This document shows positions 1 through 11,165 of a DNA stretch of 64,000 nucleotides, piece after piece (the stretch's first letter is position 1; each line of letters opens with the position of its first letter). The DNA comes from Dimorphilus gyrociliatus (taxonomy: Eukaryota > Animalia > Annelida), in the NCBI GenBank assembly GCA_904063045.1, contig CAJFCJ010000011.1:124001-188000 (forward strand), in the 5' to 3' direction. The position numbers and the translations under genes are program-made. A model generated the notes under the pieces. That model had not been told where the DNA came from. It made no database searches and was given only the letters and a program-made list of their open reading frames with translations.

Positions 1-223
1 ATGGTTAAGTGAATAGAAAATTAGTATATTACGACTTTTTAAAAGGTCTAGGCTTGATATAACGATAGGTCTTTGCTTGAGGTGCGGCAGGTCTAGGCAA
101 TCGTTGACAATACAATAAAGCACTGTTCAAATGTTAAGATCGCTCTCTTTTTTTTCAATTTATATCGTAATCACCGGTGAATAATGAATTAATTCATGTG
201 TTATTTTTTAATTTACTTATAGC

Positions 224-1611
224 ATGATGAACAATCGTGGTCCTCTGAAAATACGGGTAAAGCGAAAGCTAAACTCGGAAGATTGGTATCGAGAAAAGCA
301 ATCCGATCTACATAACGAGTTTCTACTGGTACGAAAAGAAGAAAGAGATAGCATCGCGGATAATTCAATAGATAAGATAATGGTTGATAATAACGACAGT
401 GATATTACAGTTGTTTATGAAAAGAAAGCCGAACCACATAAAGTAGAAGTGCTTGTACAACCTACCTCTAAAGCAGAAAAGCCAGTGAGGAAGAAGAAAT
501 CGATTAGACGAAATAAAGATATCTGTAGTGCTAGAATAAAAAAAGAACAGCTCCAGGAGCTGTTAGAAAATCTCCAAAAGCCTGGGCCTTTAGTCGGTGG
601 TTATGTGCTAAATAGTAGTGTTATGCGGTGTACTAATATAGCTCGAGATTTTACCGAGGCCGATGCTGTTAAAGAAGTAAATAGACATTGCTCAGATATT
701 TTACACCGCCGTAGTAAATTGGTCGAAATACTGTTAGAAGGCGATCGGTCTAGATCCTTCTTCAATAAGGATTTCCGTTAGTATATATTTATAAAAGAAT
801 TTTATATTTGTCCATTTCTGGTCAATGTGCTATAAGTTTCATTATCTTTTTAGCCTTCTTCAAAAGTCTAAAAATACCGAAATTTTGGTCAAAACATCCT
901 GTAGAATTAGAAAACAACTCAAGAAAAAGCGTTTATTGGTCAGAAGTGTTAGCGAAATCAGATGAATATAAAATCATTTCAAATCTATTTCTAAGCACGG
1001 TTGATTCTTGCGAAGTCTCCACAATTTATAGGATACAAAATCCTTTTTTATGGGCATCCTATTGTTCGATGAAAGAACAAATGTTAGCCGAAAATTTACC
1101 ACTGTAAGTATGATTGAAATAGTCTATCGATCGATGGTTTTCCCATTATGAGATATTTTTTTTACTATTTTTTATTCCTCTTGTGAATATTCTCTTTCGT
1201 TATTAAAACAGTAATGAAAATCTTCTTTTCCACGGAACAACACACGAAGCCGCCGAAAGTATAGCTCGGGAAGGTTTTAATCGAAGTTATTGTGGTAAAA
1301 ATGCCACAATGTTTGGTAGAGGCGTGTACTTTGCCATAGATTCCTGTTACTCAACAAATCCTTTATATTCTCCTCCCAAAGAAGACGGTACAAGCGTCAT
1401 GTTTCTCGGAAGAGTTCTAATAGGCCTATCAATTCAGGGAGATAGCGGAATGAAATACCCTCCACGTATAGCAGATAAAACATCGAAAGAATTCAATCCA
1501 ACACAATATAACAGTACAGTGAACGATATGACTTTTCCTGGAATATATGTCGTGTATAAAGACTGCCAAGCGTATCCACAATACTTGATTGCGTTTAAAC
1601 GATCTAAATAG
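224..1611 (+). CDS. PARP-family mono-ADP-ribosyltransferase (PARP12/14/15-like catalytic domain)
   Basis: Phase-consistent exons 224-776, 854-1103 and 1212-1611. Joined protein contains NENLLFHGT..GFNRSYCGKNATMFGRGVYFA..MFLGRVLIG..STVN..PGIYVVYKDCQAYPQYLIAF, giving an H-Y-I triad. An upstream exon is possible (acceptor-like ttatag at 217-222). Confidence 0.88.
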
Positions 1612-2158
1612 GCGATATATTTCATTTTTTTTTCATTACTATATAAATATACAAATTAAAACATTACTGTGTATTTTTTTCTTTCCCGTATTATTTATTA
1701 TATTCTCAGTTTTTTCTTTCTATTTTCTTCTATATTTTTTTTTTGTTCTCTTTTTTTTTATTTTTAATATCAAAGAAAAAAAAAACAAAGATTTTCTCGT
1801 CTTTCTACAAGAATATTTCTTTTCTTCCTTTAATAAAATGCATTAAGAAAAAAAAAAAGGAATACAATATCGATGATTAAGTGGCCATGTGCCCCAGGCA
1901 TATTTTAATTATGCATAACTTATATAGACAGTTAAAATACAGAGTATATACCAAATAATTCATTTAGATATATGAGAAATATTGTAATAGAACTAAAATT
2001 ACAGGACGAAGAGTGTTTTTAAATGAATTTTTAGAATGACAAGGTGTAAAAAACCGTTACGTATCTTCTTTTTTCCTTTTGTTTTCTCTGTCTTTCCTTC
2101 CACCTTTTAAGATTGATCTTTATGTAATGTTTTTTTTTTCTTCTAGATAAAAATAGAA

Positions 2159-2183
2159 AGAGAGAGAGAGAGAGAGAGAGAGA
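2159..2183. repeat. (GA)n microsatellite
   Basis: Direct read. One of many (GA)n and (TA)n tracts; others lie near 5080, 5601, 19870, 36050, 54490 and 62430. Confidence 0.9.
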
Positions 2184-2966
2184 AAGATTAAATAAGAAGA
2201 GTCGTAAGAATAGGAGGAAGAAGTCAAAAAAAAAATACTTAGGCCTACATTAATATTACATAAAAAAAAGAAGAAATTGACCTTATTCTCGACCAAGATT
2301 GGGTTGTTAGATAAGCTTATATACGTAGTATAAATTTACCAGAAAGTAATAAAAATTCCCAATATGTAAAGTATTTGAACGTAGCGATAAAAGAAATTGT
2401 ATAGAAATATATCAATTAGGCATAAAAAAGAAGCAATAACGTTCTATTTCTTTTATCCATATACACATATATATATATATATATCTATATATATATTACT
2501 ATATAGTGTTAGTATGTAAAGGTTTTATTTCTATTTGATATTATCTTCTTCTATTGTTGCCTTATTCCAAGCTCAATGAATACGATAGATTTACTTTTTC
2601 TTATAGTTATAGGAAATTAGAAGTAAAGCTGAAATTAGACACAAGCTGAGCTATTGGGTTATTCAAGGTCTTGGCAAACTACGTAATTTTCTAACCTGAT
2701 AAGATAAACCAAGCGAACTTTCGAAAGCTCAAATAGGCTTATGGAATATGTATAATTACAGTTTTTTCAATACAAATATATATATATAATATATATATTA
2801 ATATATTTGTACTTGTATTTATAGATATATTTATTAATACATATATTGCATTTACAAAATAAGTATCTATGAGTGAAGAACTGGGGATTTATTGATCAAA
2901 TTCATAGTCTATTTATTAAAGCTGCGCAATATATTCACTTTCGCTTTTCATTGTATATTCGAAAAT

Positions 2967-3266
2967 ATGACGTTGCCAGCGATAGGATTGTCAGGCGTCG
3001 TTCGAAAGATTGATCCTATGGAAAAATTGTCTCTTTGCGAAATTAAAGAAAGAAACTCTCAATTCTATAAACAGAAATTTTTATGGGAAAAGACTTGGAC
3101 AACTACAAATAAAGAATATGGTATTTGGAGCGATCAACCTTTCATTAGACCAATAACGAATAAATCAAGAAGGGAAACGCTTTGGAGACCTAACTGGTCT
3201 ACAACTTACTCCGAAATAGGGACACAAGAGAGAAATCATTCTAGAATTCGCCTACCATATTTGTAA
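2967..3266 (+). CDS. Small hypothetical protein (99 aa) with two LW-x(3)-W-x-TT-x(2-3)-E motifs
   Basis: ATG at 2967 opens MTLPAIG...RLPYL*; coding-like composition. No family recognised. Confidence 0.45.
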   Translation: MTLPAIGLSGVVRKIDPMEKLSLCEIKERNSQFYKQKFLWEKTWTTTNKEYGIWSDQPFIRPITNKSRRETLWRPNWSTTYSEIGTQERNHSRIRLPYL

Positions 3267-3474
3267 AGCATTTGCTGTAGTTCTTGCCTCTTTTTTCTTT
3301 TCTTACCTATTCTTTCTTTTTATTTTTTTGAGTAACGATTGCTGTAGGCCTTTTGGAATAATTCTTTGCAGAATAAAAAGTATAAAGTGAATAGTAAAAT
3401 GTTGATTTACGTCTTTCGTTTGCGCTGGCTTTTCTTTTCATTAGTTGAAATCAATTCAGTTTGGTGAACCGGCT

Positions 3475-3708
3475 ATGTCATACGAACGCTTTAGAAAATT
3501 TGAAACTCGTTGGGAACTTCCTCCAATAGAGAAATGCAGGTATCTGGTACAACAGCCTACTTTCCAGCTAACGAGAAGTTATCCGCCACCTCCTAAAACC
3601 GGAACAGTGGCTAAAGTCTACATGACAAATTCGTGCTCACGATTATGGAAGAATATGCGTACTATTAGAAATGGGGGTAGAACGCCATACGACTACTACC
3701 TTCGTTAA
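3475..3708 (+). CDS. Small hypothetical protein (77 aa), possibly an exon of a gene shared with 2967-3266
   Basis: ORF MSYERFRKFETRWELPP...YDYYLR* follows an acceptor-like ttcattag (3444). I found no phase-compatible donor in the upstream ORF. Confidence 0.35.
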   Translation: MSYERFRKFETRWELPPIEKCRYLVQQPTFQLTRSYPPPPKTGTVAKVYMTNSCSRLWKNMRTIRNGGRTPYDYYLR

Positions 3709-3807
3709 TAAATGGTATTTCGCAGCAAGAGGTATAAGGATATATCGTCTATAAGACTTTGAAATATGTATATATATATCAGATAACTTTATAAATAAAT
3801 CATTATT

Positions 3808-3817
3808 AAAAAAAAAA
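3808..3817 (-). terminator. Pol III oligo-dT terminator of tRNA-Phe
   Basis: A-run on + strand (T-run on -) about 11 nt downstream of the tRNA 3' end. Confidence 0.75.
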
Positions 3818-3828
3818 CGACATTCTAA

Positions 3829-3901
3829 TGCCGGAACCCGGGATTGAACCAGGGACCTTTAGATCTTCAGTCTAACGCTCTCCCAACTGAGCTATTCCGG
3901 C
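3829..3901 (-). tRNA. tRNA-Phe (anticodon GAA), intronless
   Basis: Reverse complement GCCGGAATAGCTCAGTTGGGAGAGCGTTAGACTGAAGATCTAAAGGTCCCTGGTTCAATCCCGGGTTCCGGCA: 73 nt, 7-bp acceptor stem, A and B boxes, CTGAAGA anticodon loop. Confidence 0.98.
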
Positions 3902-5582
3902 ATCGTCTATTTTTAGTTTTCTTTTCAAACAATATAAATGAGAATTAACCTGTAATGTAAACCTACCGTTTAGATAGGTAATGATTTTTTCCCAAGTTCT
4001 AAATACATTCATATATATATATATGTTGTATTAAACTAATAAGCTGTAATATTATCTGTTAAAATGGAGGACATTCTAACATTATGGTTCACGAGGAAAC
4101 TTAAGCCAATTTTTAAAGGATACTCTGTAACTTATTACTTTCTTTTAGCAAAGAAAAGGACTACACGTTTTTCTTGTTACAGTTTTGGTATTTTTCCTCT
4201 TGAATAGGCCTAAATTATACTAAAAGTGATAATTTATTTTTACGAAAATAAGACTAGAAAACTAGAACATTCTTTTTTCTACGACCCAGTTTTTATCTTA
4301 TTCTTCTTATTATTATTATTCTTTTTGATATCATTAAATGAATTTTTTAATTAATCAACTTATTATCTAAAGAAGCGAAAAAGAATCAAGGAATATATAT
4401 ATATATATAGATATTCGCAGAGCAACGTATTTTATTGAATTTACTCAAAAGCAAGAGTAGAACGCTTCCGGAACATTCTTTTGTAAATAGGCCTTAATAA
4501 ATTCAAAGAATAGTAAATGACATTTATCTGACTTTCTACTAAGCTGGGAGAATAGCATAAGAACAATGAGTGCTATTTTTCGTATTTTAACTATTATGTT
4601 TATTATATTCGTACAACCTAGGTCAAGGACTATTGGTTCATAATAAGGATACTTAACTCTTCTAACCTTTGATAATTCATCTTCAAACAGACCTAACTTA
4701 TTTACTATTATCAAATTAGAGCGCCACCTACTGAGAAAATAATTTTTTTGATTAATCATTACAAGTAAATAATTCTTTGAATTTTTTACCTTTAGAGAAA
4801 GTGACGCAAAGTAAAAAAAAACACTCCAAGCTAAGAATATTAAATATGATGTTTTTTTTTTAAAAAAACAAAAGAGAAGATAAATAATCTACATTAAATA
4901 CTATGGAAAGCGATTGTTACGTTGTATATTTAATGGAGTACATTTAATTAGATTTTAGAGTAACTATAAAAGGGTTAATAAAAACAATAGAAAATTGCTT
5001 TGGAAAATAGTTCATTTAAAGCATTTAAAGAATAAAAATCGATATATTAAATATGGAAATTTAATACTGTTTATATATATATATATATATATATATAATT
5101 ATTGGAATCATTGTTGCTAGTTTTATAGTGTTTTGTTCATATTAAGTGAATTTCTCCATTTTGGAAGCCACAAACAAAAGAAGTGACGCCATATGTATGA
5201 CTATAATTGCGTGTACCTATTCTTGGATGTGGCTGATGTACATTTATAGTAGCAAATCAATCCAAGGCTATTTTTCATTTCAATCCCTGAAGGCCTTCCT
5301 CTTCTACTAACTTATCTATATGTGTATAAAAAAAAAGAGAAAAATATTTAGAACACAAACACTGACCTCTCTTATGATTCATGCAATACCTCAATTCTTT
5401 AAAAAAAACCATTTTTCCCTATTACTGTTTGGTTTTTGTCTTTTTCTTACCCTTTTAGTAAATGTTCAGTTTTCAAGGGTTTTTTTAATAAGTCTTTGAG
5501 TGGGTATAAATTTAATAGCATGTATTAATACTTGTATATCACATAGATATAAAAGATAAAGGTTGCAGAGAACAAAAGAAAA

Positions 5583-5619
<37 letters not shown>

Positions 5620-7376
5620 GAGAGGGAGGAGAGGGAGAGATGTCGGAAAGGAGAATAGAGTAGCAGCATGAGTGTATTACTGAGAAGGGTATATTCCATT
5701 GTTGAAAAATTAGTTTCGTTATAAAAAAGAAGGGAATATAGAAAAGACATACAAAAATAATTACGAATACTTTACTTAGCATTTCTCTCTCCCACTGTTA
5801 TCTATCTATCTATCTATCTTTCTCTCTCTCTCTCCCAATGTTTTTTTATTTCGTCTTATATCATGTTGAAAATATTTTCTAGATATATTTTATCTTTTTC
5901 AATAATTAATTTTGTGCTTCAGAAAGAAAAATAACAAAGGAAAGAAAGAAAAAAAAAACAACACCTGTAATTCTCTACTATATTGCAGTGTGTTCTCTTT
6001 TTTTTTTGTTACCAAATACGTTTAATGCAGAAATATTTTTCTATTTTGTAACGAAAATGACTGTTTCTATAAGCTCTCTCATGTGTAAAATATAAAGATT
6101 TACATTGGTTTTTCTGCTTCCCTCTCTCCTATCCTACTCTCTTTAACAAATATCCCTTTTAATATATAAATAAATAATATACCATATACTGTATATATAC
6201 CATTTATACATTATAATCCGTTCAACGTAAATCCCATGTGTAGTATGTGTTTATAATATCTAACATATATCTATGTGTATATATATTATATATTGTACAT
6301 ATTTATTATTGTAATTTGCCTTATTAGACCTATTTAAATTATAGATATTTGAAATTCCATGAAAGTTTCAATCGAGTCGTTAGAAATAATCTATTAAGTA
6401 GCATTTTAATATATTTATACAACATAGAACGAAATTGATTTTTTTTTCAAAATTACGTTTCACATAAAATTAGTTTTGATTACGATAATATTTTAGCTTT
6501 TTACATAATTAGATTAAGTCTATTTTTGACTAATTTAATAATTTTTCAAGAATTTTTGAGTTCAAGTATTATATTTAATATAAAAAGTAACTGTCATCAT
6601 TACGTATGATTATTTTGCTCTTTTATAAATATCATTGACGAACGACTAGTTCATTTTCTTGTTATTTATCAATAGAATTAGTACTTCAATACTTTTCTGG
6701 TTGGGCTATTTTAAGAGACGACTTGTAACAGTACATAATGTCGTATTGAAATGACGTAATACCTTGTGTAATCTTAGCCTTGTTGTCTTGCAAGTATCGC
6801 AATATGATTAATGTTAATATGCCTCGACAGTTAGCGCTTGTTGGATAAAACAAATTAACTTGCAATATATATACAGTATATATAGAAATTGCATTGTTTG
6901 TCATACAAACCAGGTAATTTTACTTACTAATATGAAACAAGATGTCTCATAAAAACCTGACATTTTTTTTTATACAACGTCATACCAGACAGCAACCATA
7001 TAAAAAAAATGATTGACAATGACTAATTATTGATTCGTCATCCGTAAATAGTCGATGAATAATCAAGTAAAAATATTCTTCGACCCTAAAATTTACTCCC
7101 TCTTTAATTACCTTTGTGTAATAGTTACGCTTCCTTTTAAGTTATTAGATTGTTAACCTAGATTTGCTGCATATTTGTGGGTATACGTAAAATATTAGAC
7201 ACACTGAGCCAATATCGACAGTATCTAAGCAGGTTAATACCGTTCGATGGCTATTCTATTAGTGTTCGTGATACGAAATCTTCTGGGAAAACTAGGCATG
7301 ATATTTTTATGGTTAAAGTCGTTGATTCTCTTCCTTAATGTCATCCAACGTAAGTGTCATTCGAAAGTAAACTAAT

Positions 7377-7390
7377 ACGCCATCTATCGT
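7377..7390. promoter_or_regulatory. CTCF-like motif ACGCCATCTATCG
   Basis: Resembles the reverse complement of the CTCF core variant CCACTAGATGGCGC; lies downstream of SNX6. Confidence 0.4.
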
Positions 7391-7676
7391 CTTATAGCAA
7401 TAATTAAAAGCAGCTCTTGACATATTTTTTAAAGCAATTTTATTATTATTATTATATTTATTATTAATATTTTTTTATACAAAATGAGGGTCTGGATAAA
7501 CCCTTAACAATGTTCGAACGTTCCAAATTTTGTTTCCGATCAGATCATCACAGTCTTGTAAAACGAGCAAGCAAATTAGGCTAGAATTTCGTCCAACTTT
7601 CATTTTAACACGAAACGAGTAATTTAGCAAGTATAAGTATAGTGGACAAAACAATATTTTCATCTATATGAATTTA

Positions 7677-10600
7677 TTACAAGCTTCCTTTTAACTGTTC
7701 GATTGTTGATTGCAACAGAGCAGTCTGAGCCTATAGCAAAGGACGAAAATACAAAGTATTAGTAGGTATTGCTATTTATTATAATTAGATTAAATAAAAG
7801 TTTTCTAAAAATACCTTGGCGTGCTTTATCTCCATTTCAGCTAAGTCTGTAAGATTCTTTTTAAAGTGTTTTATGCGTCTCTTCTTAAAGTCATCGAGTT
7901 CTGAAAGATAAATGAGATATGTTCGTGATTTAGAAACAGGAATATCATACGCTCCAAGGCTCGTATTATTTTGCAGTATGAATTTACATCATTGAGTCTT
8001 TAGTGGGAAAAAAAGCTAAAATATATAACTTACCCTCTCTTGCTGTTTCGGATAATTTTTCAAATCTTTCGCATGCTTCTTGCTGTTGCTTCTCGGTGAT
8101 GTAAACATCTTTATTCTTACTTCTTGCTTTGTCCAGTGCTTTATTCGCATTTTCGTACGTAGCCAGAGCTTTAGAACGTCTATAAAGTAAATGTTTAGCC
8201 GCTGCCGAATCACCCAAATAATAACGGAATGTATCGGATAATTTCAAGTCTTCATCGGACGCTACCCGGCTTTCCAGTTCCTGTCGATAAAACGAATAAT
8301 ATATTTTTATTAACCTACTAGTACAACAATAATTAATTACAAGTTTAATCTTACCCTAATTTTTTCAAAACATTCGGCTAAACAATGTAGTAATCTAGTA
8401 AAATAAAATAAAAGAAAAAAAATATAGTCATAGTTTTAAATTGAATAAATAAAAAGTTTATAAAAAGGATTAAGTGTTCAACATGAAGATTACAAATTTA
8501 AACGAATAACTAAGGGAAAATAGGATTTAATAGTAAAAGTAGGGTGATGGGAAGACAATATCCAAGAAACGTTCATGTTCTTAACAGTGAAACAGACTTA
8601 AAAAGGGATCTATTTAAACAAAAAAAAATTAAAGCTACAATCCAACCTTCCTAAATTGGTTCTTTCTATCCGGCCTCTGTAGTTATTTTAATAGAATATT
8701 ATCGCAAATATTAGTATTGATAGATATAAAAAGAAAAGAAAGTAAATTTTTTAAATAAACAACATTTGTGTAAATTCTTTTCTAATAATACTGTTATATA
8801 AGGAATTATAAAGAATATAATTTATAAATCATATACTTACGCTTCAATGTCGGTATTCTCTGCATTAGATAGTTCGGATAAATTGGACGATGCTTTAAGA
8901 TAGCTATCTGATACGTCTGGAAATTATTTTAAAAAATAAAAATATGTTAATTTATATGGTAATATCGAATAAACTATTCATGCTTACTCTTATGGCACTT
9001 TGTCGTTTGATCAGCAGACAGTGTGGCGCCTTTTATTCTAAGGTAGTAGGTGACTAAGAACTTTCGTTGTTTTTCAAAGAACTCATCAACATCCTAATAA
9101 TAGATCAGTGTTAGAAAAAGAGAATAAAAGAAAAGTAAAATATACGAGAATTATATAATTCATATCAAGGTATCACATCACTTGCTCAAAATAGTAGGTC
9201 TATATGCTATTTACAACGCCCCTTAAATTTAGAAGCATATATCGTTACACTTAAAATAGGATACTGAAAATTAATTAATGCCAAGCTTACTTATAAATCC
9301 TATTTTATTAGAAATTAACTTACTTTTTGATTTGAGAGGAGTACTTCGTCAACAGATTGAACTGCGGTTTTAAAATAGCCTCCTAGTTTCTCTTTCTTAT
9401 TTTTTCCTCTAACGTTTAGCTATTAGAAAGAAACAAAAAAGTATAAATTTATAGTAGTTAGTTAGAGTTATTATTTAGATTATTTAAACAAAAAGAATAG
9501 AATTATCTTGTTATTTCTCTCTTTTTTTTATATTGTCATCAATGATTTAAAGCCAATAACAGAGTACAGGCTCCACCCACAAAAGGTCAGAAAACGTTCA
9601 ATATTTTTATATTAACATATTTCTCTATTAACTAGTTCAATATATATATATATACATATATTTTCTAAAAGACTTACATCCGATTCGTACTCCAAGAAAA
9701 CTCTAAATTTAACATCTTTTCTTAAGAATGGGTGGGCAGCTATTCTTTGTAAGAATACTTCATGCATTGCTACAGTCTTTTTAAAGGTGGCTAAATATTC
9801 CCTAAAAACAACAAACAAAAAAAAACAAATTCATTATTGGACTCTTTTGTTTATTTGTATTATTTTAAGGACAAACTTACGCTTCTAATTCTTTTTTCAT
9901 CTTTTGGAATTCGTCTTTTGTAAGTGTTCCTTCACCTTCTCCTAATTTTTGCAATTTTTCCCTTGAAGCATCAAAGTCCGGCTTTGGAGGAGGCGGAGGT
10001 ATCTATAAATTAAATAATTGCTTCATAATACCTAAATCATTTAAAAAATTCTTTCTAATTGTTCTAGAATTATACCAAAATCTTATGTAATAATATAGTA
10101 TATTATCTTACAATTATTCCTGCGTATTCCTCAGCGCTTTCAAACATATCGTGCAGCCAAATAAATTCTTCATGTTGCCTAACAACTGAAACTTCTGGCT
10201 TTTGAAACTCTTGTAAACTAGTCTACAATTATTATGAAAAAAGTATTATTCATTATCATTTATCTACAAATCATTTAAAGAAACTTACTTTTGTGTGTAC
10301 AGTAAATTTCACTTTATCTCTTTCGCTTAGAGCATCAGATATGTCCACAGCAATGGGGGTGGCCTCGGCGTTCAGGTCGACAGTCTCCGATTTTCCTTTC
10401 TATTAGTATTTGAAATTAGAATTATAAAATGTTAAACTTTGACATTGCTCTAAACACACTGTAAACAAGTTGTCACCAAGAAAATAAGGCAACTTTTGAC
10501 TGCCGATTTTCCTATATGAAACTACTTCCTCATTTGCCATGTTGACTCATTAATTGCAAATGAAGGACATCCAAAGAGGCGTAGCTTACGTTAACGCCGT

Positions 10601-10850
10601 GAAGATAATATTACAATAGACAAGTTAACAAATTATATATCACGTGACACTGACTCAAAAATGACAAGGTACTCTTTAAAATTATGATTTGAAAATTTAA
10701 ACAAAAAATTACACATTACCGTTGCTGTAGCACCGCTAATCACATCATGATCTCCAATATCATCCTGGAAATAGATTTATTTTTTTAATTTTTAAATTCA
10801 AAGTGAAATAAAACAGTTATTCAAGAAATTTTATTTACACCCACCATCAT
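7677..10850 (-). CDS. SNX6: Sorting nexin 6/5-like (PX-BAR)
   Basis: Multi-exon model from MM|DDIGDHD..|[29 protein letters not shown], through [27 protein letters not shown] and [26 protein letters not shown], to [29 protein letters not shown]|[17 protein letters not shown]. Matches the SNX5/6 family along its length. Confidence 0.93.
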
Positions 10851-11165
10851 GGCTGCAATTTGGTCATGTGACCAAGAATGTTGGCAAGTCTTCTTGCCAT
10901 CTTTCGGTAAATGTATGAATATGAATAAGGTATATTTCTTTTACAGAATTTTTCTTATAAAATAAAAAGAAAGTGTTATTGTTTTGTTTGGATGAACTAA
11001 TGAAATTGTTTTTATGCCATTAGAGTAAAACTGTAAACTTTAGCTTGAAATAAAAATGTTCTTATTTTATTTATAAATATATTATAAATATTCATATATC
11101 GCATTGACGACTGAGCTTGAGAAAGTACGCATGCGCATTTGGGTGAAACCTCGTGGAAATAAAAA
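10851..11165. promoter_or_regulatory. Bidirectional promoter between SNX6 and ACBD3
   Basis: Start codons are head-to-head, 315 nt apart. NRF1-like TACGCATGCGCA near 11126-11137; YY1-like AAAATGGCGG overlaps the ACBD3 ATG. Confidence 0.65.

Noticed and set aside
5466-5782. ORF-track entries rich in F/S/L/I/Y (also 1589, 14076, 16396, 19831 and similar)
   Set aside because: They derive from (GA)n, (TA)n or poly-A/T tracts in UTRs and introns, or are antisense shadows of real genes.
10526-10540. Possible alternative SNX6 first exon MANEE (phase-0 donor GTAGTT)
   Set aside because: Too short and the donor too ordinary to support without TSS data.
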